Below, one piece after another: positions 8,759-22,941 of a stretch of DNA of 64,000 bases (position 1 is its first letter; each line of letters begins with the position of its first letter). A model generated the notes under the pieces. That model did no database searches, was not told the DNA's origin, and saw only the letters and a program-made list of their open reading frames with translations. A program made the position numbers and the translations under genes. The DNA comes from an uncultured Collinsella sp. Lineage in GTDB: Bacteria > Actinomycetota > Coriobacteriia > Coriobacteriales > Coriobacteriaceae. The stretch lies in contig CABUUG010000001.1 of assembly GCA_902494605.1 (NCBI GenBank), forward strand, positions 609 to 64,608, written 5' to 3'.

Positions 8759-9862
8759 ATGAAGTTCACCGTCAGCCAGAGCTCGCTTACACAAGCCATC
8801 GGCGTCGTTATGAAGGGTGTCGCTTCGGCATCCACCCTTCCCATCCTGTCGGGCGTGCTCGTCAAGGCGCAAGACGGCATCTTGGAATTCCAGACCTCTA
8901 ACTACACCATCTCGATCCGTCATCGCATCGCGGCGCATGTCGAAGAAGAGGGCGAGATGGTTATCCCCTGTAAGATGCTCTCCAATATCACCAAGACTCT
9001 CCCCGATGCCCCGGTCACCTTTGAGCTGTCCGAGCGCCAGGTGCTGATTGGTTGCGAGAAGAGCTCTTTCCGCCTGAACACGCTCGATGCCAATGACTTC
9101 CCCGAGTTTCCGGCCTATGCCATCGAGAGTGCCGTGGAGCTGCCGACCGATATCTTGTCCGAGATGGTCGGCCGCGTGTGGCGCGTTACCTCGACCGACA
9201 AGGCCCGCCCCATCCTGGGCGGCGTGCACATGAAGGTCGAGAACAACACCGTGCGCCTGGTGGCGACCGATTCTTTCCGCTTGGCCGTGTGCGATACGCA
9301 GGTCGAGACCTCGACCCTCGAGGGTTCCTTTGAGCTCAACGTTCCGGCCGACGCCTTTAACGACGCGCTGAACATCATGGCCAGCCAGGCGACCATCATG
9401 ATCGGAGCTACCGACACCCAGGTCGTCTTTGAGGCCGGCAACACCACCTACGTGTCGCGCCGCATCGAGGGCGTGTACCCCAACTACAAGCAGCTCATCC
9501 CCGATTCGTGCGTGACGAGCGTCAAGATCGACGTCGCCGCCTTTAACGCCGCCCTCAAGCGCGTGGCCGTTATCGCGAGCGCCAACCCCGCCGTCAAGTT
9601 CGAGATCGATGTCGAGAACGGGCAGATGGGACTGTCCTCCATTTCCAATGACCAGGACCTTGCGCAGGAGACAATCGATGTCGAGGCCGAGGGCGAGTCG
9701 GGCACCATCGCCTTCAACTACCACTACATCTTCGGGTGCCTCAATGCCCTGTCCAAGGAGAAGGAGATCACGCTGGAGCTCAAGAGCTACTCGCAGGCGG
9801 GCATCTTCAAGTCCTACGACAAGATCAACTACCTGTACCTGGTCATGCCGGTCCGCATCTAG
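8759..9862 (+). CDS. dnaN: DNA polymerase III beta sliding clamp
   Basis: LPILSGVL, VATDSFRLA, YPNYKQLIP, LVMPVR. Confidence 0.97.
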   Translation: MKFTVSQSSLTQAIGVVMKGVASASTLPILSGVLVKAQDGILEFQTSNYTISIRHRIAAHVEEEGEMVIPCKMLSNITKTLPDAPVTFELSERQVLIGCEKSSFRLNTLDANDFPEFPAYAIESAVELPTDILSEMVGRVWRVTSTDKARPILGGVHMKVENNTVRLVATDSFRLAVCDTQVETSTLEGSFELNVPADAFNDALNIMASQATIMIGATDTQVVFEAGNTTYVSRRIEGVYPNYKQLIPDSCVTSVKIDVAAFNAALKRVAVIASANPAVKFEIDVENGQMGLSSISNDQDLAQETIDVEAEGESGTIAFNYHYIFGCLNALSKEKEITLELKSYSQAGIFKSYDKINYLYLVMPVRI

Positions 9863-9872
9863 CAACCGCCCT

Positions 9873-10979
9873 ATGACCATGTTCGCCCGCGGTCTTTCCG
9901 TCGCGCACTACCGCAGCTTCGATAGCTATCGCCTTGCCCTAGACGAGGGCGTGACGATACTTGCGGGACCCAACGCGGCGGGAAAGACCAATCTCATAGA
10001 GGCGCTGCAGCTGCTGACGAGCGGCGCCTCGTTTAGGCATCCGACCGCAGCCGAGCTCGTCCATGACGGCGTGGGCTCGTGCAAGGTCGAGCTGAGGCTC
10101 GAGGGCGACGGCCGCGTGCTTGATATGGGGTTGAGCGCGGAGGACGGTAAGCGCTCGTTTAGCCGCAACGGCAAGAGATGTTCTGCCGCCGGTGTGCGCG
10201 GGGTTCTGCCGAGCGTGCTGTTTTGCCCCGACCATCTGGACATGGTTAAGCGAGGCGCCCGTGTGCGCCGCGCCGCCCTCGATGACTTTGGCATGCAACT
10301 GAGCGCACGCTATGCCGATCTTGCGAGCACCTATGGGCGCTGCGTGACCCAGCGTAACGCCTTGCTCAAGGAGACCTGGTGCTGCCGCGAGATGCTCGGC
10401 GCGTGGAACGATTCGATTGCCCGCGCGGGCTCGGCCCTGCTCGTGCACCGGTTGGCCCTACTCGACCGGCTGGCGGGCCATGTGCACACTGCCTACGGTC
10501 AAGTGGCGTCCGGCGAGGCTGCCAGCGTGACCTATACGTCCACGCTGGGGGATTTGCCCCAGGTCGAGGATCGCGAAGAGCTGAAGGGCTGGGCGTACGA
10601 GCGCATGCTGGCTGCCCTTGATGAGCGCGCCGACGAGGAAATTCGCCGCGGCGTGACGTTGGTGGGACCGCATCGCGATGAGATTGAGTTTACCGTGGCG
10701 GGTCGCTCCGCCCGTTCATTTGCCAGCCAAGGTCAACAGCGAACGTTGGTTCTGGCCTGGAAGGTGGCGGAGGTGGCCGTGGCTCGCGATGTCCTGGGCA
10801 CCGCCCCACTGCTGCTTTTAGACGACGTGATGAGCGAGCTCGACGGCGAGCGTCGCGGCGCTTTTCTGCGGCTGATCGGCGATGATATCCAGACGGTCAT
10901 AACCACGACCAACCTGGGGTACTTTACCGATGACCTGCTTGATCGAGCCAAGGTGGTGAGCATGGGTGAGACGTGCTAA
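9873..10979 (+). CDS. recF: DNA replication/repair protein RecF
   Basis: GPNAAGKTNLIEA, GPHRDE, SQGQQR, LLLDDVMSELD. Confidence 0.95.
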   Translation: MTMFARGLSVAHYRSFDSYRLALDEGVTILAGPNAAGKTNLIEALQLLTSGASFRHPTAAELVHDGVGSCKVELRLEGDGRVLDMGLSAEDGKRSFSRNGKRCSAAGVRGVLPSVLFCPDHLDMVKRGARVRRAALDDFGMQLSARYADLASTYGRCVTQRNALLKETWCCREMLGAWNDSIARAGSALLVHRLALLDRLAGHVHTAYGQVASGEAASVTYTSTLGDLPQVEDREELKGWAYERMLAALDERADEEIRRGVTLVGPHRDEIEFTVAGRSARSFASQGQQRTLVLAWKVAEVAVARDVLGTAPLLLLDDVMSELDGERRGAFLRLIGDDIQTVITTTNLGYFTDDLLDRAKVVSMGETC

Positions 10980-11529
10980 TTACGAGCGCGAGAGCGAGAC
11001 AGTCGCCTTCAGTGGGTTTTTGAACGCAGAGCGCCAGCGCATCCTGGCGGCTGCAACACCTGAGCGCCGTGCGCAGATGGAGGCTGCCGAGGAGTCGCGC
11101 GCGATCTATCGCGCGTGGAACGCGGTGTGCTCGGGCACGCGCGAGGGGCGGCATGTGACGGGTCTGCGCTACCTGCCCGAGTCCAATGAGCTGCTGGTAT
11201 ATCTCGACTCGCCCTCGTGGACGCAGGAAATGACGCTGTTGCGCGAGATCATCCGCGCGCGTATGGAGCGCGCCGGTGCGCATGTGGACGGCCTGGTGTT
11301 CAAAACCACCGCGCCCGGTCACACGCCACCCGCCGCCAAGGAGCGCCTGCGCCCGGCGACGACCGAGCGCCCGCCGGCCCCGCACGCCGACCTCAGTGAG
11401 GCCGAGCGCACCGAGATCGAGCGCCAAGTGGCACCCATCGAGGACCAAAAACTGCGCGAGGCCCTCGAGAACGCCATGAGAGCCAGTGCCGAGTGGGCCA
11501 AGGGCGTGCAAAGCAAAAAAGAGCCTTAA
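10966..11529 (+). CDS. DUF721/DciA-like protein
   Basis: Canonical recF-gyrB position; W..V and LLVYLDSPSWTQEM pattern. Confidence 0.65.
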   Translation: MRRANYERESETVAFSGFLNAERQRILAAATPERRAQMEAAEESRAIYRAWNAVCSGTREGRHVTGLRYLPESNELLVYLDSPSWTQEMTLLREIIRARMERAGAHVDGLVFKTTAPGHTPPAAKERLRPATTERPPAPHADLSEAERTEIERQVAPIEDQKLREALENAMRASAEWAKGVQSKKEP

Positions 11530-11555
11530 ATCGCATCTGGTGGCCTTGTAGAGCC

Positions 11556-11585
11556 AAATACCCTCGTTCCCGAGGGTATTTTTTT
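11556..11585 (+). terminator. Intrinsic terminator before gyrB
   Basis: AAATACCCTCG-TTCC-CGAGGGTATTT followed by a T-tract. Confidence 0.65.
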
Positions 11586-11592
11586 ACGATAA

Positions 11593-13665
<2,073 letters not shown>

Positions 13666-13676
13666 GAGGAGGTAAC

Positions 13677-16418
13677 GTGGCAGACGATATCAACAATAGC
13701 GAGGGTATGGACGAGGCCGGCGATGCCGGTATGCCCGATGATCTGAAGCGCCTGCTTGCCCGTGCTGAGCAGGGCGAGGACGGCGACCCGGACGCCTATA
13801 ACCCCGATGCCGATGATGATGAGGAAGAAGACGACGACGGTGAGCTCGAGGAGAGCTTTGGCGAAGTCGACCGTGGCGCCTCGGCCGGCGAGGATATCAA
13901 CGGCGGCCAGCTCCAGATTTCGGAGTTCGGTCGCGAGATGAAGCAGTCGTTTATCGAGTATTCGATGTCGGTTATCACGGCGCGCGCCCTGCCGGACGTG
14001 CGCGACGGCTTAAAGCCGGTGCACCGCCGCATCCTGTATGCGATGAACGAGAGCGGCATCTACCCCAACCGCCCACATAAGAAGTCGGCCTGGACGGTCG
14101 GCGAAGTTATCGGTAAGTACCACCCGCATGGCGACTCCGCGGTCTACGAGGCCATGGTCCGCCTGGCGCAGTGGTTCTCCATGCGCACGCCGCTCATCGA
14201 CGGTCATGGCAACTTCGGTAACATCGACGGCGACGGCGCGGCAGCCATGCGTTACACCGAGAGCCGCCTGGCAAAGCCCGCCATGGAACTGCTGCGTGAC
14301 TTGCAGAAGGATACCGTCGACTGGCAGCCCAACTACGACGAATCGCTTGCCGAGCCCGTGGCGCTGCCTGCGCGCTTCCCCAACCTGCTGGTCAACGGCA
14401 GCCAGGGCATCGCCGTCGGCATGGCCACCAACATCGCCCCGCATAACCTCACCGAGGCGATCGAGGCCACCTGCTACCTGATCGACAACCCCGACGCCAC
14501 CGTCGACGAGCTCATGCAGATCATGCCCGGTCCGGACTTCCCCACCGGCGCCATCATCATGGGCAGCGCCGGCATCAAACAGAGCTACGAGACCGGACGC
14601 GGCTCCATTACCGTGCGTGCCAAGGCACATGTGGAGTCCACCAAGACCGGCCGCAGCCGCTTGGTCTTTACCGAGATTCCCTACATGGTCAACAAGGGCA
14701 CCCTGCAGGAGAAGATCGCCCAGCTCGTCAACGACAAGCGCATCGAGGGCATATCGGATATGCGCGATGAGTCCAACCAGAAGGGCATCCGTCTGGTTAT
14801 CGAGCTCAAGAAGGGCGTCATTCCGCAGGTCGTGCTCAACAACCTGTATAAGTACACCTCGCTGCAGACGACCTTTGGCGCCAACAACCTGGCACTCGTC
14901 AACGGCGTTCCCAAATGTCTGAGCCTGCGCGAGATGCTGCAGCACTACATCGACCACCAGGTCGACGTCGTCACTCGCCGCACCCGCTTCGACCTTAAGA
15001 AGGCCCAGGCCCGCGCGCATATCCTTGAGGGCTACTTGATGGCCCTTGACCATATCGATGAGGTCATTAGCATTATCCGCTCCTCGCAGACCGACTCCGA
15101 GGCCAGCAGCCGCTTGATCGAGCGCTTTGGCTTTACGCCTGAGCAGACCACGGCCATCCTCGAGATGAAGCTGCGCCGCCTGACCGGCCTGGAGCGCGAC
15201 AAGATCCAAGAAGAGTTGGACGGCCTGCGCCGCGCCATCGCCTACTACGAGGACCTACTGGCGCATGAGGAGAAGATCCTGGGCGTCATCAAGGAAGAGA
15301 TGCGCGAGATCTCCAAGAAGTTCGGTGACAAGCGCCGCACCGAGATCAGCCAGGTTGAGAAGGACCTGGATGTCGAGGACCTCATCGCCGACGAGGATAT
15401 GGTCGTGACCATCACCCACACCGGCTACGTTAAGCGTATCCCGGTGGCTGCCTACCGTGCCCAGAAGCGCGGTGGCAAGGGCGTGTCGGGCGTCAACCTC
15501 AAAGAGGACGATGTTATCGACGAGATGTTCATCGCGTCCACGCACGAGTACGTGCTGTTCTTCTCGAGTAAGGGCAAGGTCTATCGCCTGAAGGTGCACG
15601 AGCTGCCGGTGGGTACGCGCCAGGCGCGCGGTACCGCGATCGTCAACCTGCTTCCCTTCGAGGAGGGCGAGAAGATCGCGAGCGTCATCAGCTGCCGCGA
15701 GTTCCCGGCCGACGAGTACCTGATGTTTGCCACCAAGAGCGGCATGGTCAAGAAGACCGTGATGAGCGCATATGATCGCAGCCGTCGCGACGGCCTGATC
15801 GCTATCAACCTGCGTGACGACGACGCGCTGCTGAACGTGCGCCGCGTGCGCGAGGGCGACAAGATTATCCTAGCCACCACCGCGGGCAAGGCGATCATGT
15901 TCTCCGAGGAGCAGGTGCGCGCCACCGGCCGCGATACCAGCGGCGTTCGCGGTATCGGTCTGAAGGACGGCGTGAGCGTTCTGGGCATGGAAGTCACTAA
16001 CGGCAACGGCGATCTGTTCGTCATTACCGAGCGCGGCTACGGCAAGCGCACGCCGGTCGCGGACTATCCGGAGCAGAATCGCGGCGGCCAGGGCGTCTAC
16101 ACCATCCAAATGACCGAGCGTAAGGGTAACCTCGCGGCCATGAAGACGGTGGGCCCGCAGCACGAGCTATTCATCGTGACGGAGGGCGCGACGGTCATTC
16201 GCGTCAAGACCGACGAGATCAGCCAGACCGGCCGCGCCACCCAGGGCGTCAAGATGATGACCGTCGACGACAACGACCGCATCTGCGCTGTCGCCCGTAT
16301 GACGGCAGCCAAGGAAAAACCCGAAGGCGAGGGCGCCGAGGCCGCAGCCGACACCGAAGAGGCTCCAGTCGACCTAGGCGACGGCAACGACATGCCAGAA
16401 GATCTCCTCGACGAGTAA
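13677..16418 (+). CDS. gyrA: DNA gyrase subunit A
   Basis: [22 protein letters not shown], GyrA-box QKRGGKG. Confidence 0.97.
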   Translation: MADDINNSEGMDEAGDAGMPDDLKRLLARAEQGEDGDPDAYNPDADDDEEEDDDGELEESFGEVDRGASAGEDINGGQLQISEFGREMKQSFIEYSMSVITARALPDVRDGLKPVHRRILYAMNESGIYPNRPHKKSAWTVGEVIGKYHPHGDSAVYEAMVRLAQWFSMRTPLIDGHGNFGNIDGDGAAAMRYTESRLAKPAMELLRDLQKDTVDWQPNYDESLAEPVALPARFPNLLVNGSQGIAVGMATNIAPHNLTEAIEATCYLIDNPDATVDELMQIMPGPDFPTGAIIMGSAGIKQSYETGRGSITVRAKAHVESTKTGRSRLVFTEIPYMVNKGTLQEKIAQLVNDKRIEGISDMRDESNQKGIRLVIELKKGVIPQVVLNNLYKYTSLQTTFGANNLALVNGVPKCLSLREMLQHYIDHQVDVVTRRTRFDLKKAQARAHILEGYLMALDHIDEVISIIRSSQTDSEASSRLIERFGFTPEQTTAILEMKLRRLTGLERDKIQEELDGLRRAIAYYEDLLAHEEKILGVIKEEMREISKKFGDKRRTEISQVEKDLDVEDLIADEDMVVTITHTGYVKRIPVAAYRAQKRGGKGVSGVNLKEDDVIDEMFIASTHEYVLFFSSKGKVYRLKVHELPVGTRQARGTAIVNLLPFEEGEKIASVISCREFPADEYLMFATKSGMVKKTVMSAYDRSRRDGLIAINLRDDDALLNVRRVREGDKIILATTAGKAIMFSEEQVRATGRDTSGVRGIGLKDGVSVLGMEVTNGNGDLFVITERGYGKRTPVADYPEQNRGGQGVYTIQMTERKGNLAAMKTVGPQHELFIVTEGATVIRVKTDEISQTGRATQGVKMMTVDDNDRICAVARMTAAKEKPEGEGAEAAADTEEAPVDLGDGNDMPEDLLDE

Positions 16419-16458
16419 GAGGCCCTAGCTGGTAGAAAATATCAGACACCATATATCG

Positions 16459-16491
16459 GCGGTCGGCGCACTGCGCGCCGACCGCTTTTTT
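16459..16491 (+). terminator. Intrinsic terminator after gyrA
   Basis: GCGGTCGGCGC...GCGCCGACCGC followed by TTTTTT. Confidence 0.8.
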
Positions 16492-16667
16492 GAAAACCTT
16501 GGGACCCCATGGTCGCTGGGCTGGCGAGATGGTTTTGGTTTGTCGCGAGTTCCGCACGCAAAGAAGGCCACTTAATGTGGCCTTCGTCTTGCGCAGGACT
16601 GTCCGAGCAGCAAACCAAAACCATCTCGCCAGCCCAGCGACCACCCCTCCCAAAGATTTTCAAAAAA
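16486..16667. repeat. ~180-bp imperfect palindrome with perfect 33-bp arms
   Basis: 16510-16542 is the exact reverse complement of 16611-16643; inner hairpin GAAGGCCAC/GTGGCCTTC. Confidence 0.9.
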
Positions 16668-16715
16668 GTTGTTGACGCGCGCGTAACGACTCGTCTAATA
16701 TATCCCTTGCGCGAT

Positions 16716-16792
16716 GGACCTGTAGCTCAGTTGGTTAGAGCGTCCGGCTGATAACCGGGAGGTCACAAGTTCGAATCTTGTCAGGTCCACCA
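16716..16792 (+). tRNA. tRNA-Ile (GAT)
   Basis: Cloverleaf GGACCTG...CAGGTCC-ACCA, anticodon loop CTGATAA, GTTCGAAT; TTGACG/TAATAT promoter upstream. Confidence 0.97.
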
Positions 16793-16806
16793 TCAAAACT
16801 GTGAAG

Positions 16807-16836
16807 AGCCCTGAGGCGTTGCCTCGGGGCTTTTTT
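16807..16836 (+). terminator. Terminator after tRNA-Ile
   Basis: AGCCCTGAGGC-GTT-GCCTCGGGGCT followed by a T-tract. Confidence 0.8.
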
Positions 16837-16951
16837 CTTGTCTGCGATAAATCTCATTTTGGTTTTGTGTGCTGTGCGAAAGATTGGGTAGTATAGCTAT
16901 TCAATGCGGTGGAGCTGCCGCGTGTTAACCGCTACGTACCGGAGGTGTTCC

Positions 16952-17452
16952 ATGGTTCGTGTCGACATAGAGACCATCGTCATGGCCGCCGGTCCCGTGC
17001 CATCGCTTATCGTGCTTCGCGAGCGCTGCAGCAAATCGGACTCGCCCGCACCGTTGCGTTCTCTTTCCATTCAGACTGGTTCGTTTGAGGCCGCGGCCAT
17101 CAGCCGTGGCATCGATAGCGGCCGCGCCGAGCGCCCGATTACCCATGACCTGTTGCTCGATACTGTTGGCGCCCTGGGCGCCAAGCTCGAGCGCATCGAG
17201 ATCGTTCGCGCCGAGCCGCCGGTGTTCTACGCGACGATCGTCGTACTGGCCGATGGTGACGAGCGCAAGATCGATGCCCGTCCCAGTGATGCCATTGCCC
17301 TCGCCGTGCGCAGCAATGCCCCCATGTTTGTGGAGGACGACATCATGAATCGCCTGGGCACCGTTTCTGCCCATGCCGAGGAAGTCGACGACGAGCAAGA
17401 GTTCGAGAAGTTCGACGAGTTCGTCCATACGCTTTCCCCCGATGATTTCTAA
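16952..17452 (+). CDS. Bifunctional nuclease family protein (DUF151)
   Basis: RPITHDLL, FYATI, IDARPSDAIALA, C-terminal PDDF. Confidence 0.9.
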   Translation: MVRVDIETIVMAAGPVPSLIVLRERCSKSDSPAPLRSLSIQTGSFEAAAISRGIDSGRAERPITHDLLLDTVGALGAKLERIEIVRAEPPVFYATIVVLADGDERKIDARPSDAIALAVRSNAPMFVEDDIMNRLGTVSAHAEEVDDEQEFEKFDEFVHTLSPDDF

Positions 17453-17842
17453 ATGCGGGGCGGCCAGGTTGCGGAGCGTTCGCTGATGGCCGGCGGCATG
17501 TCTGCCGAGGCGGCGGCTATCGCGCGTGAAGCCCAGATGCGCTCGGAGGCATCCGAGGCGGCTCGAATTGCCTATGTGACGCAGGCCCGCACGCTTCGCG
17601 AACGCCGTGGTTCGTTTATCAAGATGGTTGTCATCTCCGCCCTTGTCGCGGCAATCTGCTCGCGCCTTCGTGGTACAGTTGGTGCGCTTGGGTTTTCGAT
17701 CTCTACGGGCCTCGTGATCTGGGGTGTGGTCGACGCGGTAATGCTGACCAGTCAGATCAAGGTGCTCGACAAGCGCGCGATGGATATGATGCGCGCCCGC
17801 GACGCTGCCGCCAAGATCGCTGCCGAGGCACAAGAACTGTAA
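17453..17842 (+). CDS. Hypothetical membrane protein (2 TM)
   Basis: Abuts the previous stop codon; two hydrophobic segments; start uncertain. Confidence 0.6.
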   Translation: MRGGQVAERSLMAGGMSAEAAAIAREAQMRSEASEAARIAYVTQARTLRERRGSFIKMVVISALVAAICSRLRGTVGALGFSISTGLVIWGVVDAVMLTSQIKVLDKRAMDMMRARDAAAKIAAEAQEL

Positions 17843-17872
17843 CGACGCCGGACTCGATGGGAAGGTCTAAAG

Positions 17873-18322
17873 ATGGCACAGGATATGCAGGACGCCGGTA
17901 ACGTCTCCGCCGAGCTCGACGCCATGGTGTGCGATCTGATCGGCGCGTTCTTGGACGACCTTGCCGCCGGTGAAAACCCTGGCGTGGTCGTGGCAATTGA
18001 GGACGCCGCTTCCAACCGTTATCTGGCGGCGCTCGACGAGGACGGCGAAGAGGCGTGCCTGGAGGCGGCCACCAACTTTATCTCCGAGCACAAGATGGGC
18101 CTTAAGGACGAGGGTCTGGGCCGTATCGCCCGCTATGCCATCGGCTATACCGGCTGCGTCGAGATTGACGGCGGCTACCATGACGCCCTGCTCGTGAGCT
18201 TCTTCGAAACCACGCTCGAGAGCGGTTTTTCGGCATATGTGCTGTATGAGGGCATGGGCGCCGGCGATGGTTTTATGTGGAGCGACCCTGAACCTGCAGG
18301 TGAGGAAACCCCTCTCATCTAA
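17873..18322 (+). CDS. Hypothetical acidic protein
   Basis: GAAGG RBS, host-like codon usage. Confidence 0.7.
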   Translation: MAQDMQDAGNVSAELDAMVCDLIGAFLDDLAAGENPGVVVAIEDAASNRYLAALDEDGEEACLEAATNFISEHKMGLKDEGLGRIARYAIGYTGCVEIDGGYHDALLVSFFETTLESGFSAYVLYEGMGAGDGFMWSDPEPAGEETPLI

Positions 18323-18439
18323 AATCGCTAAAATAAACGAGTTTTCGGTAAAAGGCTCAATATTCCCGCCGAGCGTTGCATTGCTGGGTGGGTCGCATAC
18401 GCGTGCCGGTTGTATATAGATAGAAGATAGGGGAACTAC

Positions 18440-20278
<1,839 letters not shown>

Positions 20279-20305
20279 GCGCTGGGGCTTATAACCGCCA
20301 ATAAG

Positions 20306-20340
20306 AAAGGGCGTCGACCGCAATGGTCGGCGCCCTTTTT
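20306..20340 (+). terminator. Terminator after typA
   Basis: AAAGGGCGTCGACC-GCAAT-GGTCGGCGCCCTTTTT. Confidence 0.8.
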
Positions 20341-20406
20341 GTGCATAGGGACTGAGCTGGTCTGCACCACAACAAAGGTGCCTGGTCCCTTTGTGGTGGT
20401 TGGCGG

Positions 20407-21552
20407 CTAAGCGGTGGGGAGTCCTGGCGTGTTAGCCGGCTGCTGCGGCTTGACGCGGGCGTTGCGCCAGATGATCTGGATAACGTAGCCGAGCATAAAG
20501 ACAAAGGCTACGCCGCTGATGAAGTCACCTACGAGGGGAAGCCCCGTGAGGGCGCCTGCGATTACGCCGCCCACGGCTGCCATGGCGTAGCGGTTTTGGT
20601 TGTGTCCGACCATGCGGGAGATCGCGCACCCCGCAAAGGCACTCGACACCAACGCGATGCCGATAACGCCGCACAAGAGGGCTCCGGCAAGCGACAGACC
20701 AGCGATAGAGATAATTAGCAGTAGGACGGCGGGGACGATAGCAATCGTGCCCAGAAGACCGCTCACCCACAGGGGTATGGGGCGCTGGTGGAGCATGCCG
20801 GCGGCGCTGGCGGTCGCGCGCGGAAAGACGAGCTCGAGCAGCAGAGCGACAAAGCAGGTCGAGAGTGCCGCGGCGACGATACCGCCGATGACATCGTTAA
20901 CGGTGGAAGTATCCTCGTTCTCGGTGCGGTCGATCTTGAGCGCGCCTACCTCGGCTCCTGCGGCACGCTCGGGGTCCTCGGAGACGTGCGCGTTCACGGT
21001 GCCGGTGATGTGGGCGTTCTTGCCCAGGATGAGCTTGTCGGCCCAAACCTCGACATCGCCCTCGACGGTGCCATCGATGGTCACCGTGTCGCCCGCAAGC
21101 GCTGCCGACTTGGTAGAGCCGCGCAGGGCAACCGTCTCGCCTATCGCGTAAAAACAGTTGGCGGTGCTGTCGGAATTGAGCACAACGTGCTGACCGACGA
21201 CCGTGACGCTGCCATCAACCGTGGTCTTGGCGATATCGATAGTGCGTGCCGCCAAGCGGACGGCGCCGCCCACCGTGCAGTCGCGGATGGAGAGGCTCTC
21301 GCCTGCTGCAATTATGTCGCGGCCGATGGACGCATCGTCCAAGTTGAGGGCCTGACCTGCCCAGTACAGGTCGCCCTCGACGCCGGACGGATTAGAGTCG
21401 TTGTCGGTTGCAAGTACGTTGCCCGCCGTGTCCGTGCCGGCAAATGACGCCGTGGGAAGAGCGGTGAGCGCGAGCGCGATGAGCGCGAATGCCATAAGCA
21501 GGCAGCGACGCATCTTGTGTGACGGCGCCGCCGCGGTTTGATTGAAAGCCAT
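20407..21552 (-). CDS. Secreted/membrane protein with bactofilin-like beta-helical repeats and C-terminal TM helices
   Basis: Signal peptide; repeated G-D/S-hydrophobic-AG units; hydrophobic C-terminal third. Confidence 0.7.
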   Translation of the reverse strand: MAFNQTAAAPSHKMRRCLLMAFALIALALTALPTASFAGTDTAGNVLATDNDSNPSGVEGDLYWAGQALNLDDASIGRDIIAAGESLSIRDCTVGGAVRLAARTIDIAKTTVDGSVTVVGQHVVLNSDSTANCFYAIGETVALRGSTKSAALAGDTVTIDGTVEGDVEVWADKLILGKNAHITGTVNAHVSEDPERAAGAEVGALKIDRTENEDTSTVNDVIGGIVAAALSTCFVALLLELVFPRATASAAGMLHQRPIPLWVSGLLGTIAIVPAVLLLIISIAGLSLAGALLCGVIGIALVSSAFAGCAISRMVGHNQNRYAMAAVGGVIAGALTGLPLVGDFISGVAFVFMLGYVIQIIWRNARVKPQQPANTPGLPTA

Positions 21553-21659
21553 GGTTGATCCTTTTGTTAGGTGTTCGGCATATACCTAACAGGGTACCCA
21601 ACGCGCGGGCTCTCTAAAAGAACCTCTCGGTTGCATTTCGAAGGATGGGCCCGCGCCAC

Positions 21660-22331
21660 CTATTTCTTGCGGTGCAAAAAGCGTGCGATGTCTTCCTCGG
21701 TGGGGCTTTTGATGTCAAAGCGCAGCGAGAGCCAGCGCAGCCCCATGGTCACGACAACGCATACGACCAGCGCGGCGACATTGCTCATGATGCCGCTCAT
21801 AACGAGACACACATAGCTTGTCGATCCGGCGATGGCGGCGATGGCATAAAAGTTAGTACGTTGGAAAATGCCCGGAACCACGCCCATAAAGCCGTCGCGC
21901 AACATGCCGCCGCCCACCGCGGTAAAAAAGCCCATCATGATGCACACCGCCGGTGCAAAGCCGTAGACCAGCGCCTTGTCCGCTCCGGTGGCGGCATAGA
22001 TGCCGACCGAGATGATGTCGAGCAGGGGAATGAGTTTTTCGGGTTTGTCGACGATTGCCGGGAAAATGTAGATGATGGCTGCCGTGGCGATGGAAAGCGG
22101 CAGTGCCATCGGCTGGTTGAGGATGTAGACGTTGCCCACCTGCAGCGTCATATCGCGCAAGAGACCGCCGCCCAGACCGCAGACCACCGCGAGCGCGACC
22201 GCGCCCACCAGGTCGAGCTTGTGCTCGCGCGCAACCAGTACACCCGAGATCGATGCAGCGACAACAGCGAACATCTCGAGCCAAAACGGAATAGCGACCA
22301 TGGCATCCGATGCATGTGAGGTAATGGTCAT
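21660..22331 (-). CDS. Trimeric intracellular cation channel (UPF0126/YadS) family membrane protein
   Basis: Duplicated GGG.LRD motifs (GLGGGLLRD, AVGGGMLRD). Confidence 0.88.
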   Translation of the reverse strand: MTITSHASDAMVAIPFWLEMFAVVAASISGVLVAREHKLDLVGAVALAVVCGLGGGLLRDMTLQVGNVYILNQPMALPLSIATAAIIYIFPAIVDKPEKLIPLLDIISVGIYAATGADKALVYGFAPAVCIMMGFFTAVGGGMLRDGFMGVVPGIFQRTNFYAIAAIAGSTSYVCLVMSGIMSNVAALVVCVVVTMGLRWLSLRFDIKSPTEEDIARFLHRKK

Positions 22332-22711
22332 AGCGGCGACGACGGGCAAGATGGGGTCCTTTGGGTTACGGATTTTGACAATGCCCGTACATAGTACATG
22401 TTCGGCGCCGATTGCGACCCTATTGCTCGGCAAACGGTCGGGACTGGGTACGGTCATAGGTTCCATGTTTGGGGATCCGGGTTGATGCCGAACGCGATGG
22501 GGGCGTGGCTGAATAGGAGGGATGTCCAAATTTTGAGCTTTGCTCAAAATTTATCCGGTCGGCTTACGCCGACCGCGCTGCGCTAAAAACGCGCCACGGG
22601 CGCGTTTTCTTTACGCTTCGCGCCCTGGCGGGTTCGAATCCCTCCTCCTGCGCGTAATTAAAATGTGCCCAAAAAGAAAAAAGCCCCATTGCTGGGGCTC
22701 ATACCATCTAA

Positions 22712-22802
22712 TGGCGGAGGAGGAGGGATTCGAACCCTCGTGACCTTATACAGGCCAAACGGTTTTCGAGACCGCCGCATTCAACCACTCTGCCACCCCT
22801 CC
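22712..22802 (-). tRNA. tRNA-Ser (CGA)
   Basis: GGAGGGG...CTCCTCC-GCCA, anticodon loop CTCGAAA, long variable arm. Confidence 0.96.
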
Positions 22803-22850
22803 GCGTGGGGTAAAAACAAAGCAGGCTCGAAGGCCTGCTTTGGAATTAAC

Positions 22851-22941
22851 TGGCGGAGAGTCAGGGATTTGAACCCTGGAGACGCTTTTGACGCCTACAC
22901 GATTTCCAATCGTGCTCCTTCGGCCACTCGGACAACTCTCC
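22851..22941 (-). tRNA. tRNA-Ser (GGA)
   Basis: GGAGAGT...ACTCTCC-GCCA, anticodon loop TTGGAAA, long variable arm. Confidence 0.96.

Noticed and set aside
9609..9872. N-terminal extensions of RecF (and similarly PurD, CarB, SrtB, RsmG) in the ORF track
   Set aside because: They overlap upstream genes or terminators; better starts with family-typical N-termini lie downstream
14125..14160. Fluoroquinolone-resistance substitution in GyrA
   Set aside because: The QRDR reads HGDSAVYE, with Ser and an acidic residue at the usual positions
22630..22649. attL/attR of a tRNA-integrated element
   Set aside because: The copy is inverted rather than direct, and there is no integrase or cargo
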